Shown here: positions 24,001 to 31,644 of the stretch, one piece after another | How positions within the stretch are numbered: the first letter of the stretch is position 1 | Layout: each line of letters starts with the position of its first letter | DNA from: a bacterium | Lineage (GTDB): Bacteria; UBA10199; 2-02-FULL-50-16; JAJFLM01 | DNA length: 64,000 bases | Reading direction: 5' to 3' | NCBI GenBank assembly: GCA_965216315.1 | Contig: CBDCFN010000015.1 | Location: 352,001-416,000 of the forward strand | Notes under the pieces: model-generated | Seen by the model: only the letters and a program-made list of their open reading frames with translations | What the model was told of the DNA's origin: nothing | Database searches by the model: none | Position numbers and translations under genes: made by a program

Positions 24001-27000
24001 GGGGCCTTCGGGGTCGCGAGCATCAAAGGGAAGAATGGTCTGTGGGATGTCGTGGAAAGAGAAGCCCAGAAGGTGCGCGATGAATTGGGTCCTGACTATA
24101 ATGTTCACGCGACCAACCAAAATTCAACGCGGCAAGTCGGCTTTGCCGGGACGGAAAAGGGTGTCGAGGCCCTGGTCCATCGCCTCAGTGATCTTGGTAT
24201 CGACGGGTTGAAGACCCGGCGTCTCAATGCGATTGAAAACCCCTTTCATACGGACGCCTATGCCGATGCCGCCGAACGGATGTATCAATACCTGCAGGGA
24301 CTGGAGATCGACACATCACGCCTGCACCACATGATTTTAAACCATACCGGCGAGCGCTTTGCACCCGGAGACCAGGATATACGCCGTGCCCTCGCCAATC
24401 ACATCATGATGCCGATTCGGGTCGCCGATGGGCTTGAAACCGCCATTCGCGCCAATCCGAGCGCCGAACTGTTGGAGCTCGGCCATGTGACTGAATTGAC
24501 CAAGCGCGCTGCTGAAACGGTGGATGATCGAGGTTTGAATCACACGGGGGCAAGTCATTCCGCAGCGGATTCCTTTGCAGCGCTGACGTACGCCGAGCCC
24601 GATGACAAGATTGAGGTGGAGCAGCGGGCCGTGCGCTTGACGTCCGCGACGCCGCAGGCCGCTCCGGCAGCCGCCCCCGCAGCACAAGCGGCGGCAGCCG
24701 CGCCCGCAGCGGCAGTAGCCGCCCCCGTGGCGAGTGCCGCTGTGAGTGGAAAATATATTGAACCGCCCGCAGCCGGGACTCCCGAACACACGGCCTTACA
24801 GCAGGACGTGCGGGTGAGCTCCGCGATGCTGCTGACGGTTATGCCGGGGGCTTATAACAATATGCGCAGTGGCGCCCTGGCCCCCGATGACGCGGATTTA
24901 GTCGCGGCCGGGACCAATGCCCTGGTGACTTTAGGACCCGGGGCGATCGAGGGGCTTCAGACCGAACTCAAACACCGCGAAGACGCGCGGGATCGTTCCA
25001 CTGGCGCCGATAAGAAGATCCAGGAATTCATCGTCACGGCGCTCAATGCGGCGATCGAACGCTTGAAGGCCGCTCGCAAGGAGTTGGAGGCGTCCAAAGG
25101 CGGCGGCGGAGGGGGAGTCGACGTCGATTCACCGGAATTCCGGAGTGGTGTTGCGCAGGTCATGGATGCCGAAGCTGAAAAATTGGGTTTTGTCAGGACC
25201 TCAGCGGAGCAATTAAGCGACGCATCCAGCTACATTGCTGAAGTGGGTTCTGACGGCACGCTCTATCAACCCGGTGGGGTCAAGCAGGTGCAGGCCCAAG
25301 CGATCGCCGATGAGATCGCGACCAATACCTCCAAGCGTTTTGTTCGGATGATGACGGGTTCTTATAATGGCATCCGTTTCCACATGGATCAGATCCAGCA
25401 CAATGGGGCGGAAACCAATCTGTTTAACCTGGCCCGCGAACTCCGCGTGGCCGACAATGCCGGAACCCTCGCTAACATGTCGCAGGCGGCGATAGCACGC
25501 CGACGCCGGCGTTTGGCCAATCAGTTGGATGCGGATGGCGCAGCGCGTGCCGAAGCGCTGGCCGATCTGGCGGAGAGTCAAGGTTATGGGGCCGCCGCTG
25601 AAGTGTTGCGCGGTGTCGCGGCCGAAACCCGTGAGAGTTTGCAGGTCGGTGGATTACCACCGCTTCATCACTTTGAAATCACCGATTTTGATCCCCTTTA
25701 CGGCACGACTCAAATGGGTCGCGATGTATCCCGCGATATGTCGCCTGAGGAATCGCTGCAGTATCTCAAGGCGAACCAGCTGATCGACCCGGAACTGGCC
25801 GATCGTATCTTGGATTTCGTGACGGGCAAGGTCTCGTTGCGGGGTGAACGTGTCCTTGTAATGGGGAGTGGTACGATCTCAACACCCCTGATTGGTTTTC
25901 TCCTGGAGCAGGGGGCCCACGTTATTATGACGACGACGCGTCAGCGCGAACGCGTCAATCAGGAGGTCCATGACCTGTTCCAGGAATACGCCTCGCGCGA
26001 GGCGCGCTTGGAGGTCAAGACCGAGTTCGGCTTTAATCCGACCAACTACGTCAAATTGCGTGATGAAATGCGGTTGGATGGCTTTGCACCGACCCTTTTT
26101 CTCAATGGGGCCGGTCTGGGTGACTACGGTGCGTTTGCGGACGTTAGTACCGAAGACTGGCATGCCGTTTCCGAGGCCCTCGTGCGAGCACCCCTCTACA
26201 TGACCCGACTCTTGGCCAACTGGTATCTCCAGGAACAAAACGGCGTGACCTATACTTATATGGAACTCGCCAGTCCGGCCGCGGCCCGGCCTCTGCCTGG
26301 CAGTGGCTCTTATCGGGCGGCGAAGAATGCCCTCGATAACTTCGGCTGGGTCGATCATGTCGTTGCCTCTGAGGGGATGCGCCATGCCGACGGCACCCCG
26401 GTCGCGCGCCAAAAACAGCTCGTAGTCGGCTGGGTGAATGCCCCGGCCGATGCCAGCGGGAAATTGATGAGCGAGATGCGCAATAACTCGATGGCCGTCG
26501 TCGACCGCGCCCGTGAGGAAACGAATGTCCTGTTACATATCTTTAATGGTCAAACCATGGCGTCTGGGGCCCTTGGTGTCCTTCATCCGGCGCATCGAGG
26601 TCAGTCGGAACGTCTGGAGGCCTTAGGAAACTTTGATCATCCGCAATTAGAAGAAAATGGGCGCCTGGCGCAGATTATGGATGCCGTCAATAAGGCGGAA
26701 AAAGAGAAACACGACCAGGCGAAACGCCAGAACGGTAACAAGCCCCTGTCGGTTGCCGCGTCGCTACGTCATGCGGGCCGCACCGAGGAGGCCGATCGTC
26801 TTGAGGCCGCGCAACGCGAGGCCCGTGAAGTGGCGGAGGCCCATCCGTTTCAACATGGCTTGTTGTTCCGTGTTTGGGACATGCCTTTTTACATTCGTGA
26901 TGCGGCCAATGATGTCGATACTTTTGATGCCAACCGCCATGTCGAGGCCAGTAACGATGATCTCGTCGCCGTCGGTGTCGCCGGCACGGGTCCTTATGGC

Positions 27001-29571
27001 AAGACTTTGATCGGTAACTATCGCAATCCGCTGGAACGTTGGGGCGTGACCGGTGATTGGGGCGGTGCGGATTGGCAGGAATTAACGTCCACGATGCCGG
27101 ATATTCAGGCGGCCATGGTCAAGGCCATTGATGGCGTCGATAAGCCGGAAGACCTGACGCCGGAGCACTTCCGCGCGGAGTCTCCGGACGGCAAACCCTG
27201 GAGCGATAGAATTTTTGCGCAATCCGGTCTGCGTCAATTGGAGCACCTTGCCCGTCATCGTCGACTCGGATCGACCGTACTCAGTGACGATGCGTGGGTG
27301 CCGCTCTCGATTAACAATAAAGAGGTGATCAAACGCCACAGCGATGCGGGTCATGAAATCAAGGTTGAAGAGGCCTACAACGCCGAAACCGGCGAATATG
27401 AAACGCGGGTTTATGGCCGGGTGCCTCAAGGCGAAGATGTCTTTACCTGGGTGATCGATTCGCTCAACGTGTCGACGCTGGCGGATCTCCCGGGCGGGAC
27501 CGATAACTTCTTTAAGGCGATTACCGGGGTCTCTCCCAATGAGATGGTGATTCGCTCGTTTGCAACGGTGCTGACACGACTCACGGTCTCGCAGCTCCTG
27601 CGTTTTATGGGGATGAATGCGACCGATATACGCCGTGAAGTGACCGCGGCGGCGATTAACGTCGTGGCCGGGATCGGGATGGTCGACTTTAATCCGACGG
27701 ACGAGATGATGCTGTCGGCCGCACTTCGGGACAAGACCGAAAAAGACGCGATTGAAAAGGCGATTCCCAATGCGGTTTCCAATGCCAAGATCCATCAATT
27801 GGGCGCTGCGGACAGTTCGACGACGACCTCCGAGGCCTGTGCGACGGGTCCGGGGGCCCTTAAGATCGTTGAGGAGCAATACCTTGCGGCGAAGGCGCTG
27901 ATGGACAAAACGGCCGCGGCCGTGGCCGCCGGGCATGCCACGGAGGATCAACTCTTTAATGTGGCCCTCGATTACTACATGAAGGCCTACTTTGCCTGGT
28001 CCGTGGATCACGCCCAGGGGGCTGCTAACGTGCAGTCCTTTGATGCCCTCGGTGATCGTGGCGCGATGGCGCGGGATGACTTTTTGGCCGAGAATGGCCT
28101 GCCCCATCACTTGGCCTTGGCCGCGCACAATGAATATCGAGACGGTTTTATCGCCGGCGTCATGATCGGTGGGATTACCTTCTTCCCACGTCTGCTGGCG
28201 GATATCGTCGGGGCCCGACCGATTGCCCGCATGATTGGGGTGACGGGATCAACGGACTTTAATCCGCAGATCAGTGGAGGCAGTTCCAGCCGGGCGGATA
28301 CCGCGCCGGGAGTAGAAGGTCAGATCTTATCACTGATACGCTTGATCGATCGACTCAAGCAAGAAGGGTACAGCATCGATGATATCGTTGCCTGGTTTAC
28401 CCACTCAACGGGGACCATGGGCGATGACAAGCAGTCCGAGGCCCTACGCGAGGCCTTAGAGTTGGCCAACGCGGCCGAACCGGGCTTGGCTGTTGAGGTC
28501 TTTGCTAAACAAATCTTTGGTCATGGTCTCGGGGCGACGATGTTTGAGCAGGCCATTGCCTTGGTCTTTCTCCACATCGGACAAACATTGGGTCAACCGG
28601 CCTTGAGCCGGACGATTGCGGCGACGGCGGAGAATCCGCACATGTTTCCGAGCCGCCAGCCCTTGGACGTCTTTGGCGCCGTGGGACGCAGTCCGCGTCG
28701 CGGGGTCGTCGGAACCAATTTTGGGTTCCACGGTGAAAACCGCGCCTGGGCGATGTTTGCGGATACGACAGGGTATCAATCCGTCGGTGCGGCCATTGCG
28801 GGGCAAGAGCGTCGGGTCCTTAATGAGGCCCAGGCGATTGCGGACACGCATGCCAATCGCGACGGCGCGATGGATGATATCACCAAGTACAATACCGAAC
28901 ATGCGCCGGTCAGTAGTCATCCGCACGCCCAATTTATGGCCGATCATGCCCGCACGATTGCGATGATGATGGTCGAACAAGAGTTGACCGATCGTGCCTT
29001 CGACTTTGATAGCAATCTAGAAAATGAGGTCCTGGCCTATGAAGCCCGCCTGCGTCAACAAGGGCAGCTGCCTGGTCGGGTGACCTTGGGCCATAAGCGA
29101 GCCCTGGCAGCCATGGGTGGCGCGGATTACCAAGGACCCAACGCAGCAGTCGTGAACGCCCACCAGAGCGAGCAACAGGTCAGCAATGACGCGGTCCGTA
29201 CGGCTTACCAGCAATGGGGGGAGGGTTTTGCCGATGTGGCGGAGACCCTCGGTATCGATCAAGATTTCGTCCAGGGATATCTCGATCAATATGCCCGCGT
29301 CATGAGCCAGCTCAATGTCGCGCGACAGATCCCGCGTGATTGGAATTATCTGGCCAAGAGTTATCTTATCAAGGTTGGCGCCAAGGACGCCGCGTTGCTC
29401 TTACAGCGCACCATTGCTGATTTGACGCGTCGTCACGGTGAGGATCCTGTCTTGAGCCAGGCCATGGCCCTTTGGGTCTATCAGATGGCGGCCCAGAATC
29501 GTTTAAATGAAGTAAGTTGGGCACAGGTCCGGCAGTTGTGGGCGAATCGCCAGACGGCTGCTGCAGAATAG
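18007..29571 (+). CDS. Giant divergent type I fatty acid synthase of fungal/mycobacterial architecture (AT-ER-DH-MPT-[partial ACP]-KR-KS)
   Basis: In order: APGQAN, GHSQG, SPFH (AT); AAMTGP, GGGHNS (FMN ER); DPNAIH..IAQGM (DH); FPGQG, FTQPAL, NSLG, PFHT (MPT); Ala/Pro linker; VLVMGSG..GAHVIMTTTR, YRAAK (KR); GPYG, ACATG, HSTGT, GHGLG, NFGF (KS). ATG 18007 follows AAGAAGGGG. Confidence 0.88.
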   Translation: MPIIGSSLGLGNAGLLAAGGASHNVGLFQSFLGQAVSQVIASDRATEVVEGLLSQPNHGTLLQESGIQAESSEDILEQIAGSTEYARRALDNRELLEGIIASFVTQGQVELGDEFAVLLNPVTAGVHFTAAELGGIYSPVAGTDAGARYAQPLSHAIQTETATLRNALSEATTATQRLMDARHVDATQAAAINAVWTSMARLDRLLNVDVVQKPARLGEIDELQKATEAYLSDLGLQPMSQLALEMREGNYRFMLQAPGQANEYIGLFKQVYGRSDVARRFVDEIVIPALRSEGIDVNEYLDMDPAQLSLEQNKAVLNSSRISQPMILATQLALLEELKSYGFDPQFFTAGSGHSQGLLLASVAAGKTGPAEALRIVAIHGREMQNGTKAANTKVPMVSVLGISRMEAARMSNEINLHLALVNGIPGETAPLNPSQLRELKEKADSDMLYGRLFPVEKMAQDPALRAAYPFFARYFNRDFHLTDEEIRKLGLPRGLNESAAFIIRGDMETTYTALINMEPSDGSRTRGVMPAFIFSGTHQAQELVLGLLGNKQAGTEPHPAFRNVGYNFNKKEETTFPKTAVLITSSPFHHAGEQRAAFEKSVARADETRGEATFPVVLNSEPASFAELGLTPQQEAQRITAEQHVRHVDWPATVEKMLTFGDQTKPAVFVSMGDGVVAGFTAATTAGRATTIAAANKDGSGFAQLTSRKSAGLRLRTAPLADRSIYEPIEAQVLAGRPNVDGQYLGPIGYLSSVTLGNDKQRLDLIRRIRKVVDFSDPMHPKFNNDEILARLGAEGPYGVAAMTGPGTSKLIGAVARAGRTAYLAAGNYPGKAHLNISIKQGFITGLIDTAWETTRSADPATGELDAGSLTYGGEPVVRGSIETYSDRAQTDGQYLGEARFEGPMKSFGVNLMHAAGGGVFSKAQCDATAEMIDRGLPIDKISVGIYLIQDNAELRRYIPLLARGVRFAPLLPNMNAIRIYQDEHIPYLKEELKKYLEGGWRTFNADNPGYYESDAIHSRFAAAHPEYFGKGGYDRFMADHPDLLMKMREGNDGGGHNSPEGTPTYRLVQDAVVNPKNEKTKNISTGGYSFGVAVADALLSGAAGVQAGSVFEITQEADLPYKVKALIMEVADPDSPREATNIVSEFGKPLNVAVNAFSQAYVDLVATDDAEEILDILAREPVDSVRFHREFWNNGIETEDPALNFVMKNEAVFEPIWDFLVGDRQSGRQAALDAIRKLNAEDEKRCHANFLKKHKDESTRPAWNPTEGNDKAQLITFYRVFRTNMIQSGEVDPEWAYVLVGRSITRMPQQFLERFKADGTLPTVSEFINTIESDALSYLTQLMGRALTVQAQRAQAYELQSFDPVPNVQIFRQASEEGQQTLRVRPLGAMSEDALASFRRAAKAQGYGHVAEVLRQGSEFNRFFTPRAGREFYFDLQATDGQSPQLVAVRILQDGKEIARVESPSATEVTMSYEVPRDAYGELEPRTLTYQYNLQEPVPGVHEWRLDRERVQRESTAIFGELLTGTQLDYTGRTISDTYTDQRPVSEERVREYARIVGEGYDVFHREGVVHPGLVGVESLRSAVLASNHPDFQTDRFQLLHAFFNQSFGTSASVGSDVQVASRNTEATGLDNGGFSQDARIVTRNAAGDVVSEVDTGFVNLDPRSRFTPLSESIDPELADPATAETLTGFAAYPIWQPERVVKVTRQDILDYTMFDPNAIHHADFVAQMAGLDDGIIAQGMLVHGKMVSHMLGGYLQGDLDRAVSVKTTFTGKVLPGEDLDLVAYRIGQQGEYDILRFDATNADGNTVVTQEWKVRRNGQIVAFPGQGFQKAGMWTSVTNRYQAPQDAKPELKAAYERAQQAQRTFLKQVDQHSLERWGFRLSDVVKHAPKTLSFNVSEDYAGESYRGRSKGERLTVRNASQNGILSETDFTQPALFVAYVLDWIGMRELGKIHPDADIVYNSLGKIAALVAVGAISPVDGLQLARARGVFMGEVKGAFGVASIKGKNGLWDVVEREAQKVRDELGPDYNVHATNQNSTRQVGFAGTEKGVEALVHRLSDLGIDGLKTRRLNAIENPFHTDAYADAAERMYQYLQGLEIDTSRLHHMILNHTGERFAPGDQDIRRALANHIMMPIRVADGLETAIRANPSAELLELGHVTELTKRAAETVDDRGLNHTGASHSAADSFAALTYAEPDDKIEVEQRAVRLTSATPQAAPAAAPAAQAAAAAPAAAVAAPVASAAVSGKYIEPPAAGTPEHTALQQDVRVSSAMLLTVMPGAYNNMRSGALAPDDADLVAAGTNALVTLGPGAIEGLQTELKHREDARDRSTGADKKIQEFIVTALNAAIERLKAARKELEASKGGGGGGVDVDSPEFRSGVAQVMDAEAEKLGFVRTSAEQLSDASSYIAEVGSDGTLYQPGGVKQVQAQAIADEIATNTSKRFVRMMTGSYNGIRFHMDQIQHNGAETNLFNLARELRVADNAGTLANMSQAAIARRRRRLANQLDADGAARAEALADLAESQGYGAAAEVLRGVAAETRESLQVGGLPPLHHFEITDFDPLYGTTQMGRDVSRDMSPEESLQYLKANQLIDPELADRILDFVTGKVSLRGERVLVMGSGTISTPLIGFLLEQGAHVIMTTTRQRERVNQEVHDLFQEYASREARLEVKTEFGFNPTNYVKLRDEMRLDGFAPTLFLNGAGLGDYGAFADVSTEDWHAVSEALVRAPLYMTRLLANWYLQEQNGVTYTYMELASPAAARPLPGSGSYRAAKNALDNFGWVDHVVASEGMRHADGTPVARQKQLVVGWVNAPADASGKLMSEMRNNSMAVVDRAREETNVLLHIFNGQTMASGALGVLHPAHRGQSERLEALGNFDHPQLEENGRLAQIMDAVNKAEKEKHDQAKRQNGNKPLSVAASLRHAGRTEEADRLEAAQREAREVAEAHPFQHGLLFRVWDMPFYIRDAANDVDTFDANRHVEASNDDLVAVGVAGTGPYGKTLIGNYRNPLERWGVTGDWGGADWQELTSTMPDIQAAMVKAIDGVDKPEDLTPEHFRAESPDGKPWSDRIFAQSGLRQLEHLARHRRLGSTVLSDDAWVPLSINNKEVIKRHSDAGHEIKVEEAYNAETGEYETRVYGRVPQGEDVFTWVIDSLNVSTLADLPGGTDNFFKAITGVSPNEMVIRSFATVLTRLTVSQLLRFMGMNATDIRREVTAAAINVVAGIGMVDFNPTDEMMLSAALRDKTEKDAIEKAIPNAVSNAKIHQLGAADSSTTTSEACATGPGALKIVEEQYLAAKALMDKTAAAVAAGHATEDQLFNVALDYYMKAYFAWSVDHAQGAANVQSFDALGDRGAMARDDFLAENGLPHHLALAAHNEYRDGFIAGVMIGGITFFPRLLADIVGARPIARMIGVTGSTDFNPQISGGSSSRADTAPGVEGQILSLIRLIDRLKQEGYSIDDIVAWFTHSTGTMGDDKQSEALREALELANAAEPGLAVEVFAKQIFGHGLGATMFEQAIALVFLHIGQTLGQPALSRTIAATAENPHMFPSRQPLDVFGAVGRSPRRGVVGTNFGFHGENRAWAMFADTTGYQSVGAAIAGQERRVLNEAQAIADTHANRDGAMDDITKYNTEHAPVSSHPHAQFMADHARTIAMMMVEQELTDRAFDFDSNLENEVLAYEARLRQQGQLPGRVTLGHKRALAAMGGADYQGPNAAVVNAHQSEQQVSNDAVRTAYQQWGEGFADVAETLGIDQDFVQGYLDQYARVMSQLNVARQIPRDWNYLAKSYLIKVGAKDAALLLQRTIADLTRRHGEDPVLSQAMALWVYQMAAQNRLNEVSWAQVRQLWANRQTAAAE

Positions 29572-29601
29572 CAACGCAACGAGTTGTAGAAGGAGAGAAG
29601 C

Positions 29602-29898
29602 ATGTTTGCATCAATTGGAATGACGTCACTTTATTCCATGGCCGTCCCGACGCTGGCCTCATCGAGTTTTGATATGGCCCTGACTTCAGTGCGCAATTTG
29701 GTCGTGGAAATCAGCGGCAACCAAGCAGCCGCCCAGGCTCCGGCGACGGCAGAATTTACGGATTTTATGGGTTCGGATCTCTTGCCAACGGTCTTGACGG
29801 GATTGGCGAATGCCGTCGGCGAAGATGCCGATACGCTGCGCGGTAAGAAAATTATGACTTTTGGTCAGGCGGCTCAGTATATTCTGGATCGCTCCTAA
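29602..29898 (+). CDS. Divergent stand-alone acyl carrier protein with N-terminal extension
   Basis: VRNLVVE..FTDFMGSDLL..KIMTFGQAAQYI matches ACP helix pattern; GGAG RBS; directly after the FAS gene. Confidence 0.65.
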   Translation: MFASIGMTSLYSMAVPTLASSSFDMALTSVRNLVVEISGNQAAAQAPATAEFTDFMGSDLLPTVLTGLANAVGEDADTLRGKKIMTFGQAAQYILDRS

Positions 29899-31537
29899 GC
29901 GCGACGACACTCACGATCGCATCCCCTGCACGATGGACGATGCCTTCGGCATGATGGGCCTGCCATTGACGCAAGCCGGCCAAGCTTCCCCCGCTTAATT
30001 CCAGTCGGTGCCAACGTTCCGTTTCAAGTGGCGCGTTAAACTCGCGGTACATCCACATATTATGACGCGCATCCGGATGGTGCGGGTAGAGGGCCTTGAA
30101 GATCGCCTCACTGATCGCATGACGTTCGGCCATCTGATGGGCACTGGGCCGCGTGTCACCGGGAAACAGCTCTTGGTAGCGGTCTTTAGGGAAATAAATC
30201 TTGGGATCTCCTGGTCCCCACCAGCCTTCTTCGTGGCGCCAAAAAACCCGGGCATCGGCCAGATCGATACCCAGACCGAGAAGATGCGGTGTTTGATGGG
30301 CCGCGCGAATACTCAATAAGCCGAGGGACAAACGGCCCACATCAGTAAAGCTGAGCCGGATATCACCAATGTTGCGCGCCTGTCTTATGCGCTCGAGTGG
30401 TTCGGATAACTGAAACTGCGCGAGACCCGTGTCTGGATCGGGAAAAATTTCAATATCCTGAGGACTCCAGAGGGTATCTCCGCATTCCGGGGCTTGATCG
30501 GTGAGGTATTGCCAGAGGGCCCGCTTGATCTCGATCCAGTTTGTTAGCTTGCGAATCTGTTCCTCGGGATGGTCCTTGAGGGCGGCGATACGTTCCATAA
30601 AGTAGCCCTGCTGCTCCGCGGGAGAAAAATAGTGAGTGATGAGACTGAGGGGCTCGCGACGCTGTTGGCGGCCAATGGGCTGCGTGTCAGCGGCCCAAAA
30701 GATCAGCCCGTGCAGGGGATCCGTCCGGCTTCGGGCGCGCTTAATGACGCGGAGTTGATGCTTGTCCGAATGAATGATGTCGGGGCTGACGGGACCCTGA
30801 AAGAGGGCATTAAGCTCCTGTGCGAAGTCAATCCAGCGCTGGCGTTCGCGCCTCTTGGGTGAAAGCTTCATGGGACGGTAGCCCCGGTAGACCTTTAGTT
30901 CACGTTGTTTTTCGTGACGTGTTTGCCGGGCCGCAAAGGTCTTGGGCAGGAGTCTCTGTCCGAGTTCACGACCGAGATCGAGGCTGAGACTGACCATCAA
31001 GGCCTGACCGGCAAGTCCTAAGGAGGCCCCGAAGAAGCCCGTGTCGCCGGCGATAGACAGGCCTAATAAGATGGCGCCAAATTGGAGACCTTCGCGCAAG
31101 AGAAAGCGGTAGACCTTGCCGGCCGTACTCAGTTCGCTGCGTCGTCCAGGCTTATTCAACAGTCCGTGTTGCAGGAGCCAGGTTGTGGCCTGCTCTTCCG
31201 TCCAGGCGGCGGCCTTGACCAGGCCGACGACGGCCGCAACCGAGGCCGTCGTCGAAAGGAGGTCGGCACCGGAAACGGCGGCCTCACCGGCCGCGAGCTG
31301 ACCGATGGCCTGCTCAATGTTGTGCGTGACGCTTAAGGTGACGGTCTCCGCCGCCAAGCCGATGCCGCGGGCCTTCAATAAGTCGCTCGACTCGGGGCTA
31401 AGCGGATTGATCTCAGCCCCTCGATCAATGGCATTGTCGACGGTTTCGCCCGCCAGCATATTTACGGTGTTGGCAGCGAGACCCCCGAGGAGGCTCGAAG
31501 AGGCCAGGATCGTCGATTGAGTACATACAGGCAACAT
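29852..31537 (-). CDS. Multidomain protein with C-terminal AcpS-type phosphopantetheinyl transferase domain
   Basis: LGLGIDLA and AERHAISEAIFKAL resemble AcpS GxD and RFAAKEA.xKAL motifs; hydrophobic N-terminal half; start set at ATG 31537. Confidence 0.7.
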   Translation of the reverse strand: MLPVCTQSTILASSSLLGGLAANTVNMLAGETVDNAIDRGAEINPLSPESSDLLKARGIGLAAETVTLSVTHNIEQAIGQLAAGEAAVSGADLLSTTASVAAVVGLVKAAAWTEEQATTWLLQHGLLNKPGRRSELSTAGKVYRFLLREGLQFGAILLGLSIAGDTGFFGASLGLAGQALMVSLSLDLGRELGQRLLPKTFAARQTRHEKQRELKVYRGYRPMKLSPKRRERQRWIDFAQELNALFQGPVSPDIIHSDKHQLRVIKRARSRTDPLHGLIFWAADTQPIGRQQRREPLSLITHYFSPAEQQGYFMERIAALKDHPEEQIRKLTNWIEIKRALWQYLTDQAPECGDTLWSPQDIEIFPDPDTGLAQFQLSEPLERIRQARNIGDIRLSFTDVGRLSLGLLSIRAAHQTPHLLGLGIDLADARVFWRHEEGWWGPGDPKIYFPKDRYQELFPGDTRPSAHQMAERHAISEAIFKALYPHHPDARHNMWMYREFNAPLETERWHRLELSGGSLAGLRQWQAHHAEGIVHRAGDAIVSVVALRSDPEYTEPPDQKS

Positions 31538-31544
31538 CGTCCCT

Positions 31545-31570
31545 GTTTCGGCGAGCGGGACGGACTGTTG
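31545..31570 (-). promoter_or_regulatory. sigma28-like promoter motif copy 6 (CAAC-N14-GCCGAAAC)
   Basis: 7 nt upstream of ATG 31537. Confidence 0.62.
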
Positions 31571-31644
31571 CTCGAAAATGAGCAATAATTAGCCTTTATT
31601 TTCAAAGACTTGTCAGATATCACTTTGTTAGCGAGGAGACTCGG

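Noticed and set aside
20728..28128. Long minus-strand ORFs inside the FAS gene (323, 279, 348 aa)
   Set aside because: Antisense shadows expected from GC-rich codon bias; no motifs
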